IMG/VR virus record: IMGVR_UViG_3300032221_000051
Location: 1 to 29,878 of that record
DNA length: 29,878 nt
Direction: 5' to 3' (one strand)
Origin: a virus
Taxonomy: Duplodnaviria > Caudoviricetes
Below the pieces are notes generated by a model, which had not been told where the DNA came from, did no database searches, and saw only the letters and a program-made list of their open reading frames with translations. Both the position numbers and the translations under genes were made by a program. Position 1 is the first letter of the stretch. The number at the start of each line of letters is the position of its first letter. This document shows positions 18,424 to 28,104 of this stretch, piece after piece.

Positions 18424-19989
18424 TTATAGTTGTATTACCAGACGATATGTCTCGCTCTGAGAATTAGAACGTGTTACGTTATTTATATTCTGCACATAAA
18501 GTGGATATTGATCCTTGAGGTATACCTGCGGCCTCTTGGTTATCGTAATATTAGTCACAGGAAGGCTATTTGCCAATGGATCTAAAAGAGCTTCCCCGCT
18601 CTTGAAAGTGTAATCACCAATCCAGCTCAGAGTAGTACTGTTTGACTGGCTGACTATAACACCAAGTGACTTGCTGTTAGCGCCGATAACTTGTTGGTTA
18701 TTGGCAAATGTATACTCAGGATCAAGTGTCGCCTGGAATATCTGATTATACGTATTACCTTTATATATATTACCTTTATAGAACCCCGAGCTATTAGATA
18801 CAAGAGCCACTGGATTTCTTACTATACCAATCTTATTATAACCGCAGTCGGTAGGAATAGTGTTATCTTCGCTTTGCTCGAAGTACCAAGCAAACTCAAG
18901 AGCTTGAATTCCACACTGACTAGCTGGGTTAGCGCCGTGACCACCAGGAGGAGGAATGATGCAGTACGCCACTGCACCGTTACCATAAGAACTGTTAGCT
19001 ATGATTTCAACGTTTGCCCAAGATACATTGGAACCAGGATTTAGCACTTGAATATAAGATATAGAGTTAGTAACAGCATTGATAAAGGTTATGGCTTCCG
19101 GTTCTAAATTTGGGGTAGCATCAGAAGTAATTTTAACCCGAGGTTGAATAGTATATTGTGTAAGTCTAGGAATAACCTTATTGACTTCGATCTCTCGGTC
19201 TAATATAACAAACTTATAGTTATTACCAGCCACAACATAGTCTTTAATATTTGCTAGCTTATAAGCATTATTAGCAACACTATAAAGATACATTGAACTG
19301 TCAACGAATACACCTGGGTCGTTATTAGCAGTTATCTCAAGCACAAGAGCTGTCGAATTAATAACTTCTTGAATATAACCGTTAGACCACGCAGAGTAGT
19401 TAATTCCGGTTTGAAGTACCGGAATAACCTCAATACCAGAATACTGGGCAGCGGTAGACTGAATGGTTGCGTTTGCTACAATAGGAGCAAAGAACTCGGT
19501 GTAATATTCGTCCCATATATTAGAACGAATAGAAGACAAATATCTCCACTTGTATCCATCTGGATATGTCTGGAATGTAGTGGCTTGCTTTAATCTAGGA
19601 GCATAATTCGAAGGAGCACCATTAGCGTTATCGATACAGACATAAAGCTGATAATCACCACCAATTTTTTCAGGAACAGTGATGGTATAGAACTGGCTGT
19701 TGCCAAGATCCTGAGTGTTATCCCATCTTGTATATACAGTATTTGCATCCCATACGTACTTGTTAATAATTGGCGATACTTCACCGTTGGCAAGCCTCTT
19801 ACCAAACATATTTAACCAATTATTCTCAAAATTAACTTCATAGGTATTATTAGCTACTGGAGCAATAGTGTTTGCATCAACTGGTATTGGGTTTGCCACA
19901 AACGCAAAATACTGAGATGTGTTAGAGACAATATTGTCTACCATCTCATTGATAAGTGCTCTACTAAATTCAGATGTTAAGATACCCAT
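18424..19989 (-). CDS. gp8: T4-like baseplate wedge subunit gp8
   Basis: W.ANT.Y..WD, FY.I, LYVCIDNANGAPS..P, DGYKWRYL, IIPPPGGHGANP, IGIVRNP and C-terminal R...QSETYRLVIQL; position after gp6-gp7. Confidence 0.85.
   Translation of the reverse strand: MGILTSEFSRALINEMVDNIVSNTSQYFAFVANPIPVDANTIAPVANNTYEVNFENNWLNMFGKRLANGEVSPIINKYVWDANTVYTRWDNTQDLGNSQFYTITVPEKIGGDYQLYVCIDNANGAPSNYAPRLKQATTFQTYPDGYKWRYLSSIRSNIWDEYYTEFFAPIVANATIQSTAAQYSGIEVIPVLQTGINYSAWSNGYIQEVINSTALVLEITANNDPGVFVDSSMYLYSVANNAYKLANIKDYVVAGNNYKFVILDREIEVNKVIPRLTQYTIQPRVKITSDATPNLEPEAITFINAVTNSISYIQVLNPGSNVSWANVEIIANSSYGNGAVAYCIIPPPGGHGANPASQCGIQALEFAWYFEQSEDNTIPTDCGYNKIGIVRNPVALVSNSSGFYKGNIYKGNTYNQIFQATLDPEYTFANNQQVIGANSKSLGVIVSQSNSTTLSWIGDYTFKSGEALLDPLANSLPVTNITITKRPQVYLKDQYPLYVQNINNVTRSNSQSETYRLVIQL
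18480..18487 (-). promoter_or_regulatory. Candidate late promoter TATAAATA in the 3' end of gp8
   Basis: Perfect consensus about 70 nt upstream of the VrlC-like ATG. It lies in coding sequence, so chance is possible. Confidence 0.55.
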
Positions 19990-19994
19990 ATCAA

Positions 19995-21167
19995 TTATCC
20001 GATCGCAGTTCTTAAAAATTTAAGATTAACACCGGTAGTAGTTCCGGCAAGATCACAGCTCATAGTTAAGATACCCGCGGCTATAACACCAGTAAAGTTT
20101 GTCGCGATTAACTGATCTCCTTGGCTGCTTGCTATTCCGTATTCTGTAATAAAGACATTAGTACCGTCTTGTACCATGCTTAAAGTTTCTATCTGGCTTA
20201 TAAAGTTGTCTGTAATGTATAGATCGTATTTGACACTCTTGTATGCCGTTATCGGGAAAGAATCAAAGTCAATAGTTCCGGTTGACGGAAAATCTAAAGT
20301 ATTTGCGCTTAACGTAGCAACGTTATGAATAACAAGGTCGTTGTTAACGTAAAGATTATTTCCGATACTAACGTTTGCGCCAAATGTCTGGTTATTTGTA
20401 AAGGTATACGAGAACTGAGTGTTAACACCACCACCAGCGGTAGGAATTGACCAGTAGACATTAGAGCCTGTGGATGTAAGAACACTGCCATTTATGCCGA
20501 CTTCGCCGTTGGCAGTAATAGTAGAAGTTGGAGTTACTATAATAGTAGAAGAATTAACTACTAAAGTATTACTGCCCGCATCAAGATAATTCGTTATATA
20601 GACAGGAGTATTGAAGAGCGTATTGGGTCCATCAAATGTATGAGTGTTAGACCAGACATAAGCATAGTTCGTGTTAACACCGCCGAGAGGAGACGGAGGA
20701 GCCCAGTAAGGAACAGCATTTCCATTTAATTTAAGTACGGCCTCATTAACTCCTACAACGCCATTAGCGTACACTTTAGCCGTATTAGTAAAGACAAATG
20801 CCGTGGTATTAACAGTAGCTTGCGGAAAGATGAAGTCGCCGAACGTTCCATTCGGAGTTCTAAATCTATCGAAGACGTCTAAGTTAATAGTATTAGCATG
20901 TGTAGCATTTGACGAGAAGTTATTAAACACCATAGAGTCAGCATTAACGCTGAACAGAACCGTATTATTGCCATGATATATTCCTGTCTGGTCAGCAAAA
21001 AATCTGAATGACCCGGCGTATCCATTACCGACCGTAATGCTAGTTTCTAAGACCGCATTAGTGTAGAGCTCGTTGAAGTTATCATTGATCTTAATAGCGC
21101 CGACGCGTATCGGATCGCCGCTGCCATCATTAGGATATGCACCTACATTAATAATCTGCTGTGACAA
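19995..21167 (-). CDS. Baseplate wedge / fibre connector with gp9/gp10-like N-terminus
   Basis: QQIINVG..PNDGSGDPIR.G..KINDNFNELY is the T4 gp9/gp10 N-terminal motif. TTG start preceded by AGGA. Confidence 0.82.
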   Translation of the reverse strand: MSQQIINVGAYPNDGSGDPIRVGAIKINDNFNELYTNAVLETSITVGNGYAGSFRFFADQTGIYHGNNTVLFSVNADSMVFNNFSSNATHANTINLDVFDRFRTPNGTFGDFIFPQATVNTTAFVFTNTAKVYANGVVGVNEAVLKLNGNAVPYWAPPSPLGGVNTNYAYVWSNTHTFDGPNTLFNTPVYITNYLDAGSNTLVVNSSTIIVTPTSTITANGEVGINGSVLTSTGSNVYWSIPTAGGGVNTQFSYTFTNNQTFGANVSIGNNLYVNNDLVIHNVATLSANTLDFPSTGTIDFDSFPITAYKSVKYDLYITDNFISQIETLSMVQDGTNVFITEYGIASSQGDQLIATNFTGVIAAGILTMSCDLAGTTTGVNLKFLRTAIG

Positions 21168-21181
21168 TGTCCTGTCCTCTC

Positions 21182-24100
21182 TTAAGAAACTCTGTCAAAT
21201 GTTACGTCAATATCATCACATGTAATAACCGTAGAATCCCAGCGGAACAGAGAGCCAATTGGAGTGGTATCGGCCTCGACAGATTCCTTAACGATTCTCA
21301 GTTTCTTTAACTCATCGACGGTCTCAAAATACTTACCAAATAACTCAGAACCAGCTGAGTGGAATGTATTGTAGAAGATATCCTTATATTGAGCCAGAGT
21401 CTTCTGAACTTGAAGCTCATAAGAATAGTCTTGATAAAAATAACTATCTTGTATATATTTATTATTGTCCAATTGGCCTTGTGTATTTAGCCAATATCCT
21501 CGGCCGATGCCGTAGCCTCTGAGTACTACTTGACCAGAGATAGATGATCTAGTATTATATGGAATCAAAGAGCATCTAAGAGTAGCAACTTCTGTAACAT
21601 TTCCGGTTGGTTTAACAAGTGGAACTGGGAGGGTACTATACCCAGCTCCTTGCTGAACTAAGAACGTATTAACGATAGATCCATTAGCATTAGTACGAAC
21701 ATAACCGTATGCTGCCTGCAAGAAGTCAGAACCAGAGAAGTAAAGTGGATCATTATTCTGATATCCGCGGCCGCCGTTTAGGATAACAATATTGTTAGAG
21801 ATAGCGCCGTATAGATATGCCTTGACCGTCTCTTCAACCCAGTAACCACGACCAGAGTCGACGTGCGCAGTGTCTAAAACAGAGTTAGCATCGCCTTTCC
21901 AGTCGGCCGTAATGATCTCGTTCTTACCGTGCGTCTCAAAGTTCGTATTGAACATGAGCGGCTCATAGTTAGCAAACGACGAAGTAAACACAGTAGGTTG
22001 TACAGAATATCTGGATCCAAACTGTGAATTGAACGTTGGATAACCATACAACCACATGAATTCATTATTAACAACTTCACGTATAACAACACTATCAGAT
22101 TGAAGTGGAAAAGCCGGGTCTTGAGATAATAAGACAATCTCATTATTAGTGAATATCGACTGGAATATAGTTCCGTTGCCGGTAACATAAGATTGGTTAA
22201 TAGAAATAAACGCGCCGCCAGTACCGTTTGACCTGCCACCAGATGAGTTAGCAATAAAGATATTAGTATTAGAAACTCTGGAAGTAAAGTCTCGGCCTGG
22301 ATTAGTAACAGTAATATCTACGATAGTACCAACATTGTCAGTAACTATACTTGCGGTTGCGTTAACACCACCCTTCTTAGGATTGATAATACGCATATAG
22401 TCTGTATTGCTATAGCCTCTAGTAACACCATAGGTTTTTATGGCATAGATAGCACTATTGACACTAGAATAGTGAACTGTTCCTGGTAAGAAGTTACTGG
22501 TATACGTAGAGCGCGTGAATGTATTGGCTACCTGCGTATATCCGAGACCAGGCTGAATATTATCAAGATCAGCAAGAGTACCAAATACATCTACTTCATA
22601 CGCAAAACAGTCGCCAATAACTGACGATACGTTGCCGGTAGGATTTTTTGGAAAATCAAATTTTAAAGAATTAATAGGCAGATCTGGAACTATACGATCG
22701 CACAGAATATCGGTATTGTATTCTACTGATGTAAGGTTTGAAATTGATCCAATAGCGAACGAACCGCCATTACCAGTAAAGTCAAGAAGACCACGATATG
22801 TAAATGTAAGGTTATTAGCGCGATAACCGAAACCACCATATACTAGGTCAAAATACAAAGAACCAACGGCTCTACCGATAGCATTAGCCTTAACTACGCC
22901 ACCGGTACCATGCGTAAATGTATTAACCCTAGCGCGTCCAAAGCCGCCTGCAATGATTTCATTCTCGCCATGCGTTTCATAGCGAGTGTTAAACATAAGA
23001 GGTTCGTAGTTAGCGAACGCAGAAGGAAAGATGGTTGGTTGAACATAATATGTAGGGTAATCTGGAAATATATCAGTAGAATTTGCAGTTGGGTTCTTAT
23101 ATAACCACATGAATTCATTATTAACGACTTCACGCACGTGAATACTATCAGTAGCTCCATTAGCATCTAAATATATAGGAACATCATTAGCAAACACGGA
23201 TTCAAATATAGTACCATTACCAGTAATATAAGCTTGTTGGGATAACGTAAACAGCGCTCCATAACCATGGCTCGGGCCGCCAGTAGAATTACTAAAGATA
23301 ACATACGGGTTCGGATAATTAAAATTATCACCCGGTTCAATGATATTAGTTTCTTGAATAATTCCGTTTTCATCGGTAATAAAACCGATTACTGCATTCT
23401 TGCCGAGAGGTATAGTCACATTAACTACAGTTGCAATATCTGTATTATCGTAACCAACACCAGGAAGATCAACTCTTGCAGAATATATCGCCGTATTAGT
23501 TGAACTATATTCTATATTACCTGGCAGCGAATAAGAAGTATACTTGCTTCTCGTAAACGTAGTGACTGCATTAGTATAATTACGGCCAGGAAATGTATTT
23601 CCGATCTCATAGATCGTACCAAATACTTGATTAGCAAATGAGAACGATGGAACTATCTGTGAATTAATATTGGCCGCAGGATCAGCTGGGAATCCATACT
23701 GAGCCGCATCGATAGTTAAGTTTAAATTGTTTCCCAGAAGTGTAATATCACATATAAGATCGGTGTTATACTCTACCTCAGTATTAGAGGTGATGTCAAA
23801 GATATCAAAATTTGCTCCGTAACCAGTAACATCATATAAGTCATTATAAACGTAAGTAGTGGCATTAGCAGTGAAGCCAAAACCGCCGTAGACAAGATCA
23901 AAACCAATAGCACCAAACTGTTGGAAGTAAGAATATCTCTGACGATCAGCAATCTGAAACTGATAACCAAGTCTAAAATCTTGTCCGCCTGATACAATAT
24001 CGAGATGGTCAAGAGAGCCAAGAACTGTTGGTGCAGCAGCAAGAACTGCTGAATCTGACTCGTCAGCATTATAGGTTAATATAAGCTCGCCGATCTTAAA

Positions 24101-24754
24101 GTCGGCGCCAGGTGGAGAAACATTGCTTATATAGAGCAGATTGGAATGGTTATCGATAAGATCTTCACGAATGTATGCCTCAACGACAGCAGTAGTGCCG
24201 GAAGCAAGACCCTTAATTGTCTTACCAATTAAAGACGCATTTTGCTCTTTGAAGTTAACTTCGATGTAGCGCGGTATATACCAGATACCATCAGATACGC
24301 GAAGCATATCGCGGCCTGGCAAATATACGCGAACGTCATCGCCGTATACGAGCTTAAACAGCAAGCGATAGCAGGCAATGTTTGTCTTAGATCTATAGAC
24401 GTCAAGAATATGCTTTAGAAGAAAGCGCTTGTTGACGATGATAGAGAATGGAATACCATATAGGTATTTTTTCTGAAAGTGTTCTAGAAATCTCTCAAGA
24501 GTAGTATCGATATCACGATACTCAAATAGCTCTCTTGATTCATAGAATGGGCCATTGCCGTAGTTTGAACCTTCAGGAAGAGTACCGCGCGCGCTCTCAT
24601 GCTGCATCCATTCATAGTAAGCTTCCATGAATAGAATGAAGTTAGTATCAGAATCCCGATAGAATGCCGGGAACTGATCAGCGACAAAGTTAGATACGAA
24701 ATTCTGATATCTAGTATCTTCTGTCGTGCCGGGTTCTTCTGAATACCTCGTCAT
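21182..24754 (-). CDS. gp7: T4-like baseplate wedge initiator gp7-like protein
   Basis: QFPAFY...FILFMEAYYEW, DIDTTL..F..HF, LLKHI.D.YRSK....Y.LLF...YG, S.G.W; C-terminal IQDSYFYQDYSY and HSAG..LFG; TAATG-coupled to gp6. Confidence 0.85.
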   Translation of the reverse strand: MTRYSEEPGTTEDTRYQNFVSNFVADQFPAFYRDSDTNFILFMEAYYEWMQHESARGTLPEGSNYGNGPFYESRELFEYRDIDTTLERFLEHFQKKYLYGIPFSIIVNKRFLLKHILDVYRSKTNIACYRLLFKLVYGDDVRVYLPGRDMLRVSDGIWYIPRYIEVNFKEQNASLIGKTIKGLASGTTAVVEAYIREDLIDNHSNLLYISNVSPPGADFKIGELILTYNADESDSAVLAAAPTVLGSLDHLDIVSGGQDFRLGYQFQIADRQRYSYFQQFGAIGFDLVYGGFGFTANATTYVYNDLYDVTGYGANFDIFDITSNTEVEYNTDLICDITLLGNNLNLTIDAAQYGFPADPAANINSQIVPSFSFANQVFGTIYEIGNTFPGRNYTNAVTTFTRSKYTSYSLPGNIEYSSTNTAIYSARVDLPGVGYDNTDIATVVNVTIPLGKNAVIGFITDENGIIQETNIIEPGDNFNYPNPYVIFSNSTGGPSHGYGALFTLSQQAYITGNGTIFESVFANDVPIYLDANGATDSIHVREVVNNEFMWLYKNPTANSTDIFPDYPTYYVQPTIFPSAFANYEPLMFNTRYETHGENEIIAGGFGRARVNTFTHGTGGVVKANAIGRAVGSLYFDLVYGGFGYRANNLTFTYRGLLDFTGNGGSFAIGSISNLTSVEYNTDILCDRIVPDLPINSLKFDFPKNPTGNVSSVIGDCFAYEVDVFGTLADLDNIQPGLGYTQVANTFTRSTYTSNFLPGTVHYSSVNSAIYAIKTYGVTRGYSNTDYMRIINPKKGGVNATASIVTDNVGTIVDITVTNPGRDFTSRVSNTNIFIANSSGGRSNGTGGAFISINQSYVTGNGTIFQSIFTNNEIVLLSQDPAFPLQSDSVVIREVVNNEFMWLYGYPTFNSQFGSRYSVQPTVFTSSFANYEPLMFNTNFETHGKNEIITADWKGDANSVLDTAHVDSGRGYWVEETVKAYLYGAISNNIVILNGGRGYQNNDPLYFSGSDFLQAAYGYVRTNANGSIVNTFLVQQGAGYSTLPVPLVKPTGNVTEVATLRCSLIPYNTRSSISGQVVLRGYGIGRGYWLNTQGQLDNNKYIQDSYFYQDYSYELQVQKTLAQYKDIFYNTFHSAGSELFGKYFETVDELKKLRIVKESVEADTTPIGSLFRWDSTVITCDDIDVTFDRVS

Positions 24755-26610
24755 TATTGAACAAACTCAGAGACAGTTACGGTAATATCGCTCGGCTCAA
24801 TAGTTATAATCTTATCTTGTCTAGAAATAAGATCTTTCAAAATGGTTCTCATATAGATAGAGATATAGTTTAAATAAGATTGAACTCTAAACTGGTTTAA
24901 AACAAAGTTACCATTCGCATAATCTATCGTGCCTACAGTATCGATATACGTATTTAGCCCATTTACAGGAGCATAGACATCGATATTACCTCGAGTATCG
25001 TCGATGAGATACGCAAAAGGATAGATCGTTCCATCAGCAGTCTGATAATAAAAGTTACTAGATATTAGAGCAGCATACTTAAACTCTGTAGAGTAAGTAA
25101 GTTTGGGATCTTTCACAATATTTTGAGTAGCAAATAATTCATTATAGAATGGATTATCAGTATTAAAGGTATATGTAGTAGCATAGTTTGGAAGTGGAGT
25201 TATACGCTTAATAAGACGAATAGAAGTGTCATTACTTACAACACTTTGGTCTGAGTTATCGATTGCTTCCACTAGACGGCTATATCTCAAGTCGCTACCA
25301 AACTTTTCAAGATTGACATTGCTATATTTGATAATAGAATCTATAACTTCGGTTTGAATATCAACCGACGATCTAGTAGTACTAAATGAGTTATATTGAA
25401 CCGCAGAAGTCAGATAGACATAGTAATAATCAGGATCGGTAATTTCAACTCTATTAGGAAGGGCGATATACGGATCTAGATAGTTGACGATAGCATCCTT
25501 AACGTAGTTAGGTGCTATATAGCCGGCGGCTGGCTTAAGACATATAATAACTCTACCATATTTCTTTGGCTCAATGTCTTGCCCACCATAAACAGTAACA
25601 TCATTGACTTGTCCACCAAACTCAGCATAGATGAGAGAAGCATAGTCATCAGAAGATACCGCACGATACTGAGTAGCAAAGTATCTTGGCGCATTAAAAC
25701 GAACTGTCTCAATAGACTCTTGGTTAGAACCACCAACAGATGTACCAAGTACTGACACAACAACATTATTAACCTGACCACCATTATATGGGCCAAGGTC
25801 ATCTGATAAAGTTATAACATCAACACCATTGCCATCGGTGCCATCGGTGACAATATACTTAGCAAGAATTATTGCTGAGTTTAGAGGACGACGACCAAAG
25901 TTATCATCGCCAAACTGCAACGCATACTTGTTATTGAACGTAGGCTGCAAGAAGTAAACATTTGAGTTATAGTTTAGGTTTTGCAGAGTTATGGCAGGTG
26001 TGAATAGTGTATTAGTTTGCCCATTATTTTCAATAACACTGACAATAAGCGATGTAGTATCCGCATTTTTATTAGAAAGAACAAAACGCTGATTCTCGAT
26101 GTTGTAATCCATTGTAAAAGAATCTTGGGCATAAACGCCTTCACTTATCTGAAGATTTGTAATCGTAAAAGTATCGTTAGCCGAATTTAAGTTCTCATTA
26201 TAGCGAGTAACAAACTGAAAATTGCCATTAGAGTTTGTGCCAGAAAATCTCGTACCCTGAGGAATAGTTAAACGACCAGAAGTATTAGCGATACCGGAAG
26301 TTTGAAAAGTGATGTTAACATTAGCAATAGCAGTATGAGCTGAGCGCGGAATGTAGTTTAACTCTTTAGCATGCGATATAATAGAGTCATACTTTTGAGC
26401 CGAATCGAGAAACATCTCAGATGCGACCATATTAAGATAGAATGCATTAAGATATGAGTTATAAGACATGACGTCCAGGAGAACGTTCATGTTAGAGCCG
26501 TTATAATCGTAGTCCTTTAGGACTGATTGCTGTTGCATCCATCTCTTAAACTGATCTTTAAGAAGATCAAAGTCAAGAGCTGTTAGATCAATGTTACTAT
26601 TTGCGGCCAT
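24754..26610 (-). CDS. gp6: T4-like baseplate wedge subunit gp6
   Basis: LDFD..K..F, DYDY.GSNM.VLLDV.SYN.Y.NAFY.NMVASEMFLDSA, FGD..FG, GG...ESIE.VRFNAP..F..Q.RAV...DY. Confidence 0.95.
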   Translation of the reverse strand: MAANSNIDLTALDFDLLKDQFKRWMQQQSVLKDYDYNGSNMNVLLDVMSYNSYLNAFYLNMVASEMFLDSAQKYDSIISHAKELNYIPRSAHTAIANVNITFQTSGIANTSGRLTIPQGTRFSGTNSNGNFQFVTRYNENLNSANDTFTITNLQISEGVYAQDSFTMDYNIENQRFVLSNKNADTTSLIVSVIENNGQTNTLFTPAITLQNLNYNSNVYFLQPTFNNKYALQFGDDNFGRRPLNSAIILAKYIVTDGTDGNGVDVITLSDDLGPYNGGQVNNVVVSVLGTSVGGSNQESIETVRFNAPRYFATQYRAVSSDDYASLIYAEFGGQVNDVTVYGGQDIEPKKYGRVIICLKPAAGYIAPNYVKDAIVNYLDPYIALPNRVEITDPDYYYVYLTSAVQYNSFSTTRSSVDIQTEVIDSIIKYSNVNLEKFGSDLRYSRLVEAIDNSDQSVVSNDTSIRLIKRITPLPNYATTYTFNTDNPFYNELFATQNIVKDPKLTYSTEFKYAALISSNFYYQTADGTIYPFAYLIDDTRGNIDVYAPVNGLNTYIDTVGTIDYANGNFVLNQFRVQSYLNYISIYMRTILKDLISRQDKIITIEPSDITVTVSEFVQ

Positions 26611-27038
26611 TAACGGACTCTCTTCAGTATAATGGTAAGTGTCTGAGGTTCTGGATTATTTATAGGAGAATAGAGAACACTAATCTCGACATCATTAGGT
26701 CGGTCTTCATACACATTAACAGCTATATCTTGAAGAAGAGCTCTAGGTTCGTTTAACTCTATTCCTTGAGCAACCGTTTTTTTAATGAATAAAACTTGTT
26801 CATCATATGATAGTTGAAAGAGTACCGCACGAACATCACAGCCAATATCAGGCTGAAACAATCTTTCACCAAGATTTGTATATACTATATTGCGCAAGGC
26901 CTGGTTGATCGCCTTGACGTTTGTGACCTTTGCCAGATCTTTACCAAACGGCGAGTACTTAAAGCTATCTAGGAAGTCTGAAAAGAGCTCGTTATCTCTC
27001 TGACCGAGATTATCTGTAGCTCTAGTTTTAACGGCCAT
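26610..27038 (-). CDS. gp25: T4-like baseplate protein gp25
   Basis: AINQALRNIVYT..GERLFQPDIG...LF...I...EPR and terminal LKRVR. Confidence 0.93.
   Translation of the reverse strand: MAVKTRATDNLGQRDNELFSDFLDSFKYSPFGKDLAKVTNVKAINQALRNIVYTNLGERLFQPDIGCDVRAVLFQLSYDEQVLFIKKTVAQGIELNEPRALLQDIAVNVYEDRPNDVEISVLYSPINNPEPQTLTIILKRVR
26657..26664 (-). promoter_or_regulatory. Candidate late promoter TATAAATA in the 3' end of gp25
   Basis: Perfect consensus about 47 nt upstream of the gp6 ATG; lies in coding sequence. Confidence 0.55.
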
Positions 27039-27047
27039 CTCTTATCC

Positions 27048-28103
27048 TTACGTGAACGTTGATGGACCCAGCGGAGTGCCAGGTAATTGCCAAGTAGTAA
27101 CGCCACCGCCCTGAATCTTTGTAGACGAGCCTTGTATATTAACTTCACCACCAGATTTAATCTTAATACTACCAGATGAAATCTCTATGCTACTTCCGCC
27201 AACCTTAAGGGTTATCTTAGAGTCAGATGATATCATAAAGTCTTCACCGGCCTCAAACGTAGTTCCTTCCTTAGACCGAGTACGCAAGGATGTATCAGAG
27301 TTCAGACCCATCGACTTTTTAGAAGAAGCATCCCACGTATCATCAGTAGACAAAGACATAGCTTTTGAAGATGACGCGCTATAAGTATCTTTAGAAGCAA
27401 AAGACATCGCTTTCTTGGATGTACCGGTAAACGTGTCTCCACTGATATAGCGCTGAAACCCACTGCTATTTATTCGCGTGTCCTTGGATACGTTAACGTC
27501 CCAGCTGCCTCCTTGGGCATCAACTCCAATATCACCTTCCTTAGAGATGATGAAGTGGTTTCCGCCCTTCATCATTGTCACGTTATCTTTTGCGTATGAT
27601 GTATGAACGTGGTCCTCGTACATCGTGCCGGTCTTGGCATTTACTACCGAGTACTTGGTTCCCTGTGTCTGCTGGTTATAGCTGAGTTCAGAGCCGCCGA
27701 CACCGAACATCTTGTTCTGACCGACACCGTGATACTGGTTAGAAGGAGTAGCAAAACCATGGTCTCCGCCCGCCTGCTCCAGCTTACACTTCTCAGCATC
27801 ATTGTGATACTGGCCATCATGATGTGTACACTTACTCTTATTAGTGTATTCTCTAACGCCACCTACGTGTAGATCAACGTTAAAACCTTTTTCATCTTGG
27901 TCATAACTACGAAACTTATAAGTTCCATGAGCAGACAATGTCTGGTGGATGTAGTTCTCTTTATCATTAGGATTGGCATACATCAATGAATGCCCACCTA
28001 AATGGTTTGCTTCGCCGAACCACCATCCTTGCTTTGGTTCTACTTTACCATCGCTGATAGGATCTTTAGGAGACTTCTTATTCTTATCCCATTTAGCTGC
28101 CAT
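27048..28103 (-). CDS. gp5-like baseplate spike, C-terminal beta-helix portion encoded as a separate ORF
   Basis: Likely start MAAKW at 28103 (GGAG SD, 1 nt after the upstream stop) rather than 28136. Short beta-strand repeats (SKKAMSFASKDTYSASSSKAMSLSTDDTWDASSKKSMGL) and a VgrG/gp5-like end ITLKVGGSSIEISSGSIKIKS; immediately before gp25. Confidence 0.72.
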   Translation of the reverse strand: MAAKWDKNKKSPKDPISDGKVEPKQGWWFGEANHLGGHSLMYANPNDKENYIHQTLSAHGTYKFRSYDQDEKGFNVDLHVGGVREYTNKSKCTHHDGQYHNDAEKCKLEQAGGDHGFATPSNQYHGVGQNKMFGVGGSELSYNQQTQGTKYSVVNAKTGTMYEDHVHTSYAKDNVTMMKGGNHFIISKEGDIGVDAQGGSWDVNVSKDTRINSSGFQRYISGDTFTGTSKKAMSFASKDTYSASSSKAMSLSTDDTWDASSKKSMGLNSDTSLRTRSKEGTTFEAGEDFMISSDSKITLKVGGSSIEISSGSIKIKSGGEVNIQGSSTKIQGGGVTTWQLPGTPLGPSTFT

Positions 28104-28104
28104 A

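Noticed and set aside
21456-21463. AATAAATA in gp7 (similar near-matches at 27467-27474 and 11740-11747) as late promoters
   Set aside because: Imperfect matches inside coding sequence, hundreds of bases from the next start; chance is likely.
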